From: Pseudomonadota bacterium
GTDB taxonomy: Bacteria; Pseudomonadota; Alphaproteobacteria; Sphingomonadales; Sphingomonadaceae
NCBI GenBank assembly: GCA_046730995.1
Contig: JBKPKF010000124.1
Coordinates: forward strand, 1 to 32,720
Reading direction: 5' to 3'
Length of the DNA stretch: 32,720 bases
Shown here: positions 1-8,087 of the stretch, one piece after another
Layout of the letters: the number at the start of each line of letters is the position of its first letter
Position numbering within the stretch: the stretch's first letter is position 1
Notes under the pieces: generated by a model
Seen by the model: only the letters and a program-made list of their open reading frames with translations
The model's database searches: none
Told to the model about the DNA's origin: nothing
Made by a program: the position numbers and the translations under genes

Positions 1-1
1 C

Positions 2-334
2 GACTGGCGCGGCCGGGTCGCCGAGGCGACAGGAGCCAACGTCTTCTTCGTCGCCGACGGGTCGTTGCACACGCCGACCCCCGACTGCTTCCTCGATGGG
101 ATCACTCGCCGAACAGTGATGGACCTTGCCGAAAAGCGCGGCGTCGAGGTGGTCGAGCGGGCGATCTGGCCCGAGGAGCTCGAAAGCTTTGAGCAGATGT
201 TCCTTACGGGGACGGCGGCGGAAGTGACTCCGGTGAAGTCGGCCGGTCCGTGGAACTTCGAAGTCGGCGACCTGACGCTCCAGTTGCAACGCGATTACGA
301 CGACCTGGTCAACGGGCGAATCCCGAACGCCTAG
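2..334 (+). CDS. ilvE: Branched-chain amino acid aminotransferase (class IV), 5'-truncated by the window edge
   Basis: Frame open from base 2 gives DWRGRVAEATGANVFF...FLDGITRRTV...MFLTGTAAEVTPV, the class IV PLP aminotransferase motifs. Stop TAG at 332-334. Confidence 0.9.
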   Translation, partial: DWRGRVAEATGANVFFVADGSLHTPTPDCFLDGITRRTVMDLAEKRGVEVVERAIWPEELESFEQMFLTGTAAEVTPVKSAGPWNFEVGDLTLQLQRDYDDLVNGRIPNA

Positions 335-903
335 CGCTTCGCGGCGAGCTTCGCGGGATCGGCGACGTCCTTGATTCCGTGAGCTTCGATTTCCGCCAGC
401 AGGGACTTCAGCCAGGAAAGATCCATTCGTCTTCGCTGATCGAGGTGGCGGAAGAGATGTTCGCCGCCGGTCGAAAGCACCGGCGCCAGCTGTTTACGGA
501 CCGGTTTCAGCTTGGCGATGAGTGCCTCGAGCCGCGCGATCCGGTTGCGAAGCGCCCGCTCGACCACGGCGCGATCGGCGAGGTGCAGGAACAGCATCGC
601 GCCGTAGAGCGTCTGCGCGACCGGGCCTTCCGCCTCGAACTGCCGGTGGAGGGCCTGGAGGAATTCGGTGCGGCCCTCCGGCGTGATGCGGTAGATCGTG
701 CGCATGCCGCCTCGGGCAACGCGCTCCTGCGCGACCGCCGTTATGAGCCCATCCTTTTCGAGCGTCCGGACCGCGTAATAGAGCGTGCCTACATCGACAT
801 CGATGTAGCATTCGACCATCGCCGCCTCGAGCCGGCGCTTGATCTCGTAGGGATGGAAATCGCCCCGGTGCAGAACGCCGAGAATGAGCAGCCTTGCGTT
901 CAT
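331..903 (-). CDS. PadR family transcriptional regulator
   Basis: LLILGVL...HPYEIKRRL...GTLYYAVRTLEKDGLI...RTIYRITPEGR is a PadR winged helix, followed by a long C-terminal helical domain. Divergent from an efflux operon. Confidence 0.9.
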   Translation of the reverse strand: MNARLLILGVLHRGDFHPYEIKRRLEAAMVECYIDVDVGTLYYAVRTLEKDGLITAVAQERVARGGMRTIYRITPEGRTEFLQALHRQFEAEGPVAQTLYGAMLFLHLADRAVVERALRNRIARLEALIAKLKPVRKQLAPVLSTGGEHLFRHLDQRRRMDLSWLKSLLAEIEAHGIKDVADPAKLAAKR

Positions 904-918
904 AGTTTAATTAAACTA
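903..918. promoter_or_regulatory. Perfect 16-bp AT-rich palindrome, candidate PadR operator
   Basis: TAGTTTAATTAAACTA in the 49-bp divergent intergenic region, abutting the padR start codon. Confidence 0.7.
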
Positions 919-952
919 ATGCAATTCTACTAAAGCAGCAAGGACCGGGGCT

Positions 953-1354
953 ATGTGGCGGACGGTGGCGAGCATCTTCGCCGGCCTGGCATCTTGGATG
1001 GTGATCGTCACGATCCTCAATTTTGGGCTGCGCGCGGCCCTGCCGGGTTATCATTCAGCCGAGGCGACGTTGGACTTCACCCTTGCGATGAAGATCGGCC
1101 GGCTGACGGAAGCCGCTATGACCTCGGTGGCCGCGGGCGCCGTGGTAAGCTGGATCGCTCGGTCAAAGACGTGGGCAGCGTGGGTCACGGGCCTGATCGT
1201 CCTGGCCCTATTCCTCCCCGAGCACCTCAAGCTCTGGAGCGCGTTTCCGGTCTGGTACCACTTGACCTTCCTGATCCCGATCGTTCCGCTGTTCGCGCTC
1301 GGTGCCCTGCTTCAGATGCGGATCCGTGATCGGAACGCTATGCCACAAGCATGA
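953..1354 (+). CDS. Small integral membrane protein (about 4 TM), hypothetical
   Basis: Four hydrophobic segments and a PVWYH motif. ATGA overlap with the MFS gene. Confidence 0.8.
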   Translation: MWRTVASIFAGLASWMVIVTILNFGLRAALPGYHSAEATLDFTLAMKIGRLTEAAMTSVAAGAVVSWIARSKTWAAWVTGLIVLALFLPEHLKLWSAFPVWYHLTFLIPIVPLFALGALLQMRIRDRNAMPQA

Positions 1355-2583
1355 CGACGCGTTTCCATCACCGCGCGATCCCGATCGTCCTCACGCTCCT
1401 GCTCATCGACTCCATCGGCTTTGGGATCGTACTCCCCGTGTTACCCGGCCTGATTGTTCACCTTGGCAACGTCGCGCTCCCGGAGGCGACCAGGATCGCC
1501 GGCTACATGCTCGTGACCTATGCCGGAGCACAATTTTTTGCTGGCCCGGTGATCGGCAATCTCGGCGACCGGTTCGGTCGGCGGCCGGTCCTGCTCGCCT
1601 GCGCGATTGCATTCGGACTGGATTATCTGTTCATGGCGGCTGCGCCGACACTCGCCTGGCTGTTCGTCGGTCGGTTCATCGCGGGAGTCGCCGGAGCCAC
1701 TTACGGTCCAGCCAATGCGGTCCTTGCCGACGTCACGCCACCGGAGAAGAGGGGAGCGACGTTCGGCCTGATGGGCGCGGCTTTCGGTCTCGGCTTCATC
1801 CTCGGCCCGGCGATCGGCGGACTGACGGCGAGTCTCGGGACTCGGACGCCATTCATCATCGCGGCGACGCTTGCGGCCGCCAACGCGCTGTGGATCTTCA
1901 TTCGGCTGCCTGAGACGTTGCCGATCGAGCGTCGCCGCCCGTTTCGCTGGCGCGATGCGCATGTCTTCGGAGTCTTCCGACCGCTTTTCCATGCGGGCGG
2001 CGCGACTCCGTTGCTCGTGGCGGCCTTGCTTTGGCAACTGGCCCATTTCGTCTATCCGGCGACCTGGGCCTTTTGGGCCGGGTTGGCGCATCAATGGGAC
2101 GCGGCGATGATCGGCTGGTCGCTAGCCGCGGCCGGTCTCGCCATGGCGCTTGCGCAGACTTTCGTCACCGGCCCGGCGATCGCCCGGTTCGGGGAGGCCC
2201 GGACCGTGGTGATCGGAATGGTGGTCGGCGGGCTGTCGTTCCTCGGTTATGTGTTCGCGAGAGCGGACTGGACCATCTTCACGATCATCTTCCTGTCGGC
2301 GCTCCAGGGGCTGGTCTGGCCGTCGATGAACGCGCTTCTTTCGCGAATGACGGATGCCTCCCATCAAGGTGCGTTGCAGGGCGGGATGGCGAGCATCGCG
2401 AGCATCGCCGCGATCGTCGGGCCGCTGGCGATGACCCAGGCGCTCGCTTTCGGCGCCGAGCATGGAGAGCCGGGAGGGGCGTTCCTGCTCGCGGCCTTCC
2501 TTGTGGTTTGCGGACTTCTGATCGTCATCTTCGGCGTCGTTCGCAAACTCGGTCCGGCGCCGGAACCCGCGACTGCTAGCTGA
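1351..2583 (+). CDS. TCR/TetA-like (DHA1) MFS efflux transporter
   Basis: 12 TM pattern, motif A GNLGDRFGRR and antiporter motif C GAAFGLGFILGPAIGG. The substrate cannot be determined. Confidence 0.88.
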   Translation: MTTRFHHRAIPIVLTLLLIDSIGFGIVLPVLPGLIVHLGNVALPEATRIAGYMLVTYAGAQFFAGPVIGNLGDRFGRRPVLLACAIAFGLDYLFMAAAPTLAWLFVGRFIAGVAGATYGPANAVLADVTPPEKRGATFGLMGAAFGLGFILGPAIGGLTASLGTRTPFIIAATLAAANALWIFIRLPETLPIERRRPFRWRDAHVFGVFRPLFHAGGATPLLVAALLWQLAHFVYPATWAFWAGLAHQWDAAMIGWSLAAAGLAMALAQTFVTGPAIARFGEARTVVIGMVVGGLSFLGYVFARADWTIFTIIFLSALQGLVWPSMNALLSRMTDASHQGALQGGMASIASIAAIVGPLAMTQALAFGAEHGEPGGAFLLAAFLVVCGLLIVIFGVVRKLGPAPEPATAS

Positions 2584-2911
2584 AGATCGAAAGATCCAGC
2601 GGTTCGCTCGGGCCGAACCAAATGACATGCTGCGTATGATCGATGAGGTCCTCGCCGGTCGTCGTATGGGCGAAGATGGTCAAACCACCGCGGTTGAGAG
2701 CGATCCACTGTGCGAAGTCCCCGAACGTATCGCGGGGAACGGTCAGCTGGCAGCTCCCTCGCGGGTGTGGACCCACCGGTTTCAAATGGAAGTGCCCCAC
2801 GGCGACTCCGAACCGGTCCTGGGCCGCCGCGGCGAGGGCCTTGGCGCGTTCGATTTCATCCGGATCGTAATAGATATGGGCGTGAAAATTCTGGATCGAT
2901 GCTTCGGTCAT
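2576..2911 (-). CDS. DOPA 4,5-dioxygenase family protein
   Basis: FHAHIYY...PVGPHP...WIALNRGGLTIFAH...DHTQHVIWFG..LDL family motifs. Start chosen at ATG 2911. Confidence 0.85.
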   Translation of the reverse strand: MTEASIQNFHAHIYYDPDEIERAKALAAAAQDRFGVAVGHFHLKPVGPHPRGSCQLTVPRDTFGDFAQWIALNRGGLTIFAHTTTGEDLIDHTQHVIWFGPSEPLDLSIFS

Positions 2912-3025
2912 GACATCGTCATAGCGCATCGGGCCGAGAGACCCCATCTCCCCTTCCAACTGGAGGGTTCCCCGCTATAAGCGCCGCCTCTCCCGCTTTC
3001 GCCGAGGCTTCGGCGGGCCGCCTGC

Positions 3026-3100
3026 TGGGGCGTCGCCAAGTGGTAAGGCACCGGTTTTTGGTACCGGCATTCGCAGGTTCGAATCCTGCCGCCCCAGCCA
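3026..3100 (+). tRNA. tRNA-Gln (TTG)
   Basis: Acceptor stem TGGGGCG/CGCCCCA, D arm GCCAAGTGGTAAGGC, anticodon arm CCGGT-TTTTGGT-ACCGG, T loop GGTTCGAATCC, encoded CCA. Confidence 0.97.
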
Positions 3101-3272
3101 GTACTTCGGTCACTTATCCGCAGGCCGTTCCGCAACTAGAGTGCTTTTCGTTCCAATTTGCGACGGCAGAGCCGCTCAATGAGGCGGTCATCGCCTGGTC
3201 CCAGCTCGCTCAAGCGGGCTTGATTGCATCGGGGAGAAAGGACCGAGCCAACTCACCCGCAAGCGGTACGGC

Positions 3273-4199
3273 TCAGGATGCCCATTCCACCGCCAACTGC
3301 TCGGCTGTGCCCGGGTAATAGTTGCAGTCGAGCTCACCGAGGGCGTTGCCGGGGATCCCAGGAACACGTTTGCGCCGCGGGTCGTTCGCCTTGCCCTCCG
3401 TAAACTGCCACAGCCAGTAGCGGTCCCAACTGGCTTGCACCTGGGGCCGCGGCCCATATTGAGCCAGCCACAACCGGTGTTCGCCAAAATAGGTGTCTAT
3501 GCGCGACCCAAGCGCATCCTTAAGCGTATTGGCGCTATAAATTACAGCTTTGCGCCCAAGCTTCTCTTCGATCCGCTCGAGGAATTCGCGCGCTTGAGCG
3601 AGCGTCATTTGATTGCCAGCCGTCTGCTCATAGTCGAGCGCGACCAAGGTTTGGTCGTCTGGCTTGGCCCATTTAAGGAAGTTATCGACTTGCTTGGCGA
3701 CGGGTTTGGCCGTTCCCCAGTGGTACGCGCCCCATAATAAGCCCGCCGCTTTGGCTGCCGTTCGGCGCTCGGCATACACATCGTCGCGGCCGCTTTCGCC
3801 TGTAGTCGCTTTGTGGATGACGCCGAGGACGCCGGCAACGCGCCCCGCATCAAAGCTGCTGACCTCATCGCCGTGATAGAGGTCGATGACATTGGCCACT
3901 GGGCCTTCAACCAGCGGCATTTCGAACGGGATGGCGGGTGCAACTGGCGCAAGCTCGCCCGGGGCCAGGGCGGTCAGCGCGCTGCACGCGCCAGTCCACA
4001 CGAAGCCATCACCCGGTGTGCGATACCATAGCGGGTTGCCTTGGACGCTTTCGCCAGCGCTGATGGCTAGAACGTCCAAACGGCTCCCCGCGTCTTGCTT
4101 GCGAAGCACCGGCGACAAGCGCGACGGCGCGCCGTGACGCACGTTGAGCTTTGCCGTCACGGTAACGGCCCCGCTGACCGCAATTTCGACTTGTCGCAT
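3273..4199 (-). CDS. SH3b-like domain plus glycoside hydrolase family 25 muramidase (endolysin-like, no signal peptide)
   Basis: N-terminal LNVRHGAP...NPLWY...GFVW (SH3b-like). GH25 motifs VIDLYH, HKATTG, GAYHW, ALDYE (DxE), LWLAQY, WQFT, LDCN. RBS AAGGAG. Confidence 0.88.
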   Translation of the reverse strand: MRQVEIAVSGAVTVTAKLNVRHGAPSRLSPVLRKQDAGSRLDVLAISAGESVQGNPLWYRTPGDGFVWTGACSALTALAPGELAPVAPAIPFEMPLVEGPVANVIDLYHGDEVSSFDAGRVAGVLGVIHKATTGESGRDDVYAERRTAAKAAGLLWGAYHWGTAKPVAKQVDNFLKWAKPDDQTLVALDYEQTAGNQMTLAQAREFLERIEEKLGRKAVIYSANTLKDALGSRIDTYFGEHRLWLAQYGPRPQVQASWDRYWLWQFTEGKANDPRRKRVPGIPGNALGELDCNYYPGTAEQLAVEWAS

Positions 4200-4210
4200 G
4201 ACTCGGCTCC

Positions 4211-4636
4211 TTATCCGACCGCGTCGTCGCCAGCCGCTGCCGCAGCTGCTGGATCCGCCACGCCCACGGCATCCTGGCCGGCGGGTGCGCCGGGGGCAGC
4301 AGCGGCCCGGGACATGAAACCTTCGATGAAGTCGGCGCCGGCGTACCCGGCAGCCGCCAAGCCGGCGATCTGCTCGGTCGACACCCCGGCGCCTGGAAGC
4401 ATCGTCGTCGCCGCAGCCATCACGCCGGCGATAGCCCCAATGGCCAAAGAGACGATGAGCTGACTCGTTACAATCAGCTGTGACGTGTCGGTCTGTTTGC
4501 CAGCGGCGGTCATGCTGCTTGCGGCATCGTTCAATTTCTTGATGCCGACGATAGTTCGTGCCCCTTGGCCCCCAGCGCCGACCAAGGCTCCAAGGCTGAG
4601 CAGCTGCATCCAGTCGATAATTGCAAAAGTTGCCAT
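4211..4636 (-). CDS. Small Gly/Ala-rich membrane protein, possibly holin-like
   Basis: 2-3 hydrophobic G/A-zipper segments and an acidic Ala/Pro tail. RBS GAGGGG. Ends 11 bp upstream of the muramidase gene. Confidence 0.75.
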   Translation of the reverse strand: MATFAIIDWMQLLSLGALVGAGGQGARTIVGIKKLNDAASSMTAAGKQTDTSQLIVTSQLIVSLAIGAIAGVMAAATTMLPGAGVSTEQIAGLAAAGYAGADFIEGFMSRAAAAPGAPAGQDAVGVADPAAAAAAGDDAVG

Positions 4637-4765
4637 CGCACCGCCCCTCCGAACCCGTCGATAAGCGACAGGCTTGTGGACCTTGCGATCAGCGGCATGC
4701 TCTACGCCTCAGCAAGGCAAAGGCATGCTGTCGTCAGATTCGGCGCTGACCCCCGATCATCGCGC

Positions 4766-4781
4766 GTTAAATTATTGTTAG
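4766..4781 (-). promoter_or_regulatory. Candidate CtrA box
   Basis: Minus strand CTAA-CAATAAT-TTAAC, one mismatch to TTAA-N7-TTAAC, about 130 bp upstream of the membrane protein/muramidase pair. Confidence 0.5.
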
Positions 4782-4884
4782 CAAGCGGTAAGTTTAGCGC
4801 ATGCAAACGAGCGTCCGTTCGAGCGATAACGCGCATGACTTTTTATCGCTTTTGTCATGCCCCCCGCCCATCCTGCGCTTCCGC

Positions 4885-4899
4885 CCTGCCGCCCAGCCA
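4885..4899 (+). repeat. Degenerate direct repeat of the tRNA-Gln 3' end (att-like)
   Basis: 15 of the last 16 nt of the tRNA, same orientation, single-C deletion. Confidence 0.65.
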
Positions 4900-5266
4900 A
4901 CCGATCGCATTCGAAGTGGCCCAAGGACTTTCCTTCGATCGGTCCTCTCGGTCCGAGCCAAAATCTCCATATGCTGTGATTGAGTTGCTGGTCGCGCGAT
5001 CCGGCAGCTTTCGACGATCCGAGCAAATTGTCGACCAATTCGCGCGTCTACGATTCGGAAGTCAGCGCGCCCCTGCAATGCTTTCCGATTTGTGGCGTGT
5101 TGCCGCCGGTGCGAGAGGAGCGCACCCTCCGAATACCATCTTTCACCGGCGGCAACTTGAAACGCTTCCTGCATCCAAACTGACGAACCGCAATCGTCCG
5201 ACCATGGGAATTTGAAAGCCCAAGTGGCCGAAATCCGGTGAGCAGGCAGACACGGTGAATTGAAGA

Positions 5267-6745
5267 ATGGAAATCGTGTTCGAGCTGCCCGTCGACCTGC
5301 CGAGGATACGGCACCGCCCTTCGACCCAGGCCGTTTATGAATTGCTCAAGAGCGCAATCATGGCAGGCGAACTAGCGCCGAATTCAAGACTGCCGCCGAC
5401 GCGGTGGGCAGGAAGCCATTTCCACCTTTCGCGAAACACGATCGTCGCCATCTATGAGCGCCTCGCAAGCGAAGGCCTCGTGGTCTCTCGCCGGGGTTCC
5501 GGCACCTATGTCGCAGCGGTGCGGCGCCGTTCGAATCCCCAGCGATCCGGGAAGCAGGCCGTCGATGCCCTTGCGTTCGTCCGGCCCGAATGGTGCGACA
5601 GCCTGGTCCGTCGAAGCATGTGGTTCTGCACGCCGGACTCGACCCGAAATCCTCTGCCCGAGGAGATTGAGCTTCGTCCCGGTCTCGTCGACCTTGCCCT
5701 GTTTCCTTTCGATGAATTTCGACGATCCATGGTCAAGACGCTCCGCCGAATGGAGCGATCTCCGGCCGGTTCGGGATGTCCGCAACCCTATCAGGGTGAT
5801 TTCCGACTGCGTGAGGCCATCGCCGATCACGTCGCGCTCCTGCGATCTTTGGTGTGCGAGCCGGACGACATCGTCGTGACGTCCGGCACTCAACAGGCAT
5901 TCGATCTCATCACCCGCGTTTTTGTAGAACCGCATAGGACGCTCGTTGCGCTCGAAGATCCCTGTTATCCGCCGCTGGTCGCGACGCTTAAGGCCGCGGG
6001 AGCGCTCATTTGCCCGGTTCCAGTCGATTCCGAAGGCATCATCGTCGAACAGATACCGAGCGACGCAAAACTGATCTTTGCATGCCCGTCCAACCAATTC
6101 CCATTGGGGATCACGATGTCGGCGAAGCGCCGCCGCAAACTGCATGAGTTCTCGCGACAGCGGCGCGCCCTCATCATCGAAGATGATTATGACGGCGAGT
6201 TCCGGACCAAGGGCGAACCGCTGAAGGCCATTTACAGCCAGGAGCCCGCCGATCTGGCCTTCTACATTGGGTCTTTTTCCAAATGCATGTTCCCCGGAGT
6301 GCGGCTGGGATATGTGATCGCCCCGCGGTGGGCGATCGAGCCCTTGGCCTTGGCAAAGAATTGCACCGACTGGCACTCTTCTTCAGTCATGCAATCGGCG
6401 ACGGCATCGTTCATCTCCGACGGCCATTTGTCGGCGCATGTGGCGAAGATGCGCACCACCTATCGGAACAGAATCGCTGCCTTGCTGGACGCTTTGTCGG
6501 AAAAGTTTGACGGGCTGCTTCGGCCCATTGCGCCGAATTATGGTACGCATGTCTCGGCGGCAGGGGACCCGGAAGTGAACTGGGACGCTGTCGCGATGAG
6601 GGCGCAGGCCAACGGCGTCCAGCTTCATTCCCTCTCACGCTACCATTTTGCCGGGGGCCGTCCGGGGTTGTTGTTTGCCGTCGGAGCGGAATCCGAAGCG
6701 CGTTTGCGCCTGGCGGTCGACCGATTGGCCGGCCTGGTCCGCTAA
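5267..6745 (+). CDS. GntR/MocR family regulator (wHTH plus PLP aminotransferase-like domain)
   Basis: RLPPTR...LSRNTIVAIYERLASEG..SRRGSGTYV, VTSGTQQA, EDPCY, PSNQFPLG, IIEDDYDGEF and GSFSK (PLP lysine). Confidence 0.92.
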   Translation: MEIVFELPVDLPRIRHRPSTQAVYELLKSAIMAGELAPNSRLPPTRWAGSHFHLSRNTIVAIYERLASEGLVVSRRGSGTYVAAVRRRSNPQRSGKQAVDALAFVRPEWCDSLVRRSMWFCTPDSTRNPLPEEIELRPGLVDLALFPFDEFRRSMVKTLRRMERSPAGSGCPQPYQGDFRLREAIADHVALLRSLVCEPDDIVVTSGTQQAFDLITRVFVEPHRTLVALEDPCYPPLVATLKAAGALICPVPVDSEGIIVEQIPSDAKLIFACPSNQFPLGITMSAKRRRKLHEFSRQRRALIIEDDYDGEFRTKGEPLKAIYSQEPADLAFYIGSFSKCMFPGVRLGYVIAPRWAIEPLALAKNCTDWHSSSVMQSATASFISDGHLSAHVAKMRTTYRNRIAALLDALSEKFDGLLRPIAPNYGTHVSAAGDPEVNWDAVAMRAQANGVQLHSLSRYHFAGGRPGLLFAVGAESEARLRLAVDRLAGLVR

Positions 6746-6814
6746 ACCCTCACTTGAATTCGAACCCGAGCGCGGCGAAGCACGTTGTGCTGCGAACTTT
6801 GGGCGAGATTTTGA

Positions 6815-8083
6815 ATGAAAATCGGAGTTGTCGGTCTCGGTTATGTCGGCTTGCCGCTCGCCGTCGCGCTGTCGCGCAAGCACGACGTCGTCGGATTCGA
6901 TATCAACGCCACCCGCGTCGACGAGCTTCGCGACGGCATGGATTCGACTCACGAGGTCTCGAACGAGGAGCTCAGCGGTGCGAAGTTTGCAATCACCGGC
7001 GATCCCGCTGAGCTGGCCGGACGCGAGGTCTTCATCGCCACCGTTCCAACCCCCATCGACAATGCCAATCGGCCGAATTTCGCACCTCTCCTGAAGGCTT
7101 GCGAGCTGATCGGCCCGGCACTCAGCGAAGGCGCGATCGTCGTATTCGAAAGTACGGTCTTCCCCGGAGCGACGGAGGAAATTTGTGGACCCGCTCTGGA
7201 ACGGTCATCAGGCCTCACCGCTGGTGTCGATTTCAAGCTCGGCTACAGTCCCGAACGGATCAACCCGGGCGACAAAGCCCATCCGATCGAAAAGATCACC
7301 AAGGTCGTCGCGGGTCAGGATGCCGAGACTTTGGAGACGCTGGCGGATCTCTATGGCACAATTATCGAAGCGGGCATCCATCGCGCTCCTTCGATCAAGG
7401 TCGCCGAAGCTGCGAAGGTCATCGAGAATACCCAGCGCGACATCAATATCGCCCTGATGAACGAGGTCTCGAAGATTTGTCACCTCCTTGGAATTCGCTC
7501 GAGCGACGTGCTCGAAGCCGCGGGGACGAAATGGAATTTCTTGAAGTTCCATCCCGGGCTGGTTGGCGGCCACTGCATCGGCGTCGATCCTTATTATCTG
7601 ACCGCGAAGGCAGAAGCGCTCGGCTATCGCCCCGAGGTCATCCTTTCGGGCCGGCGGGTGAATGACGGAATGGGCCCCTACATCGGCCAGCAAATCATGA
7701 AGTTGCTCGCAATGCACGGTCATCCGATCCAGGATTCGCGCGTCGGGATCCTCGGCTTCACCTTCAAGGAGAATGTGCCGGATATCCGCAACTCCAAGGT
7801 GATCGATATTTGCGGCGAGCTGCAATCATTCGGGATTGCTCCCCTCGTTCACGACCCAAGGGCCGATGCCGATACTGTCCGCGAGGTTCACGGCATCGAG
7901 CTGGCGCCGATCGAAGAATTCCACGACCTCGCCGTGCTAATCTACGCTGTCCCGCACGATGACTATCGTTCGATCGAGCCAGCCATAAGCGAGCGCATCG
8001 TTGAAGGCGGCATTCTGGTAGACATTCGCGCGAAGCTTTCCGCGGCACGCTTGCGTGAGGACATCCATTATTGGAGCCTTTGA
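6815..8083 (+). CDS. Nucleotide sugar dehydrogenase (UDP-GlcNAc/GalNAc 6-dehydrogenase, TviB/WbpO/CapL-like)
   Basis: GLGYVG Rossmann fold, ESTVFPG, GYSPERINPGD, KVIENTQRD, GGHCIGVDPYYL (catalytic Cys) and FKENVPDIRNSK. Confidence 0.93.
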   Translation: MKIGVVGLGYVGLPLAVALSRKHDVVGFDINATRVDELRDGMDSTHEVSNEELSGAKFAITGDPAELAGREVFIATVPTPIDNANRPNFAPLLKACELIGPALSEGAIVVFESTVFPGATEEICGPALERSSGLTAGVDFKLGYSPERINPGDKAHPIEKITKVVAGQDAETLETLADLYGTIIEAGIHRAPSIKVAEAAKVIENTQRDINIALMNEVSKICHLLGIRSSDVLEAAGTKWNFLKFHPGLVGGHCIGVDPYYLTAKAEALGYRPEVILSGRRVNDGMGPYIGQQIMKLLAMHGHPIQDSRVGILGFTFKENVPDIRNSKVIDICGELQSFGIAPLVHDPRADADTVREVHGIELAPIEEFHDLAVLIYAVPHDDYRSIEPAISERIVEGGILVDIRAKLSAARLREDIHYWSL

Positions 8084-8087
8084 GACC

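Larger units (their letters stand above)
3085..4899. mobile_element. Putative tRNA-integrated mini-island or remnant, no integrase
   Basis: The tRNA 3' end CCTGCCGCCCCAGCCA (3085-3100) recurs as CCTGCCGCCCAGCCA (4885-4899, one C missing). The enclosed cargo is a membrane protein and a muramidase. Confidence 0.6.

Noticed and set aside
250-933. 227-aa plus-strand ORF, and the many other long antisense ORFs (5384-6376, 12179-13384, 20601-22100, 22621-24300, 26369-27367)
   Set aside because: These are shadow ORFs opposite well-supported genes, expected in high-GC DNA, and carry no family motifs.
1351-2583. Calling the MFS a bona fide tetracycline resistance gene (tetA)
   Set aside because: Family motifs only. 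There is no tetR or mobile context, and the substrate cannot be read from the sequence.
3040-3318. ORFs overlapping the tRNA (3040-3318 and 2919-3113)
   Set aside because: They are translations of the tRNA sequence.
4565-5314. ORFs in the gap between the membrane protein and MocR
   Set aside because: Several overlapping frames with no RBS, no motifs and atypical composition; none can be supported.
6757-6768. T-loop-like GGGTTCGAATT on the minus strand as a tRNA fragment or att site
   Set aside because: Short, in the wrong orientation, with no flanking match to the tRNA.
3101-8083. Intact prophage or ICE at the tRNA
   Set aside because: No integrase, replication, structural or conjugation genes, and no further att-like copy was seen beyond 4899.
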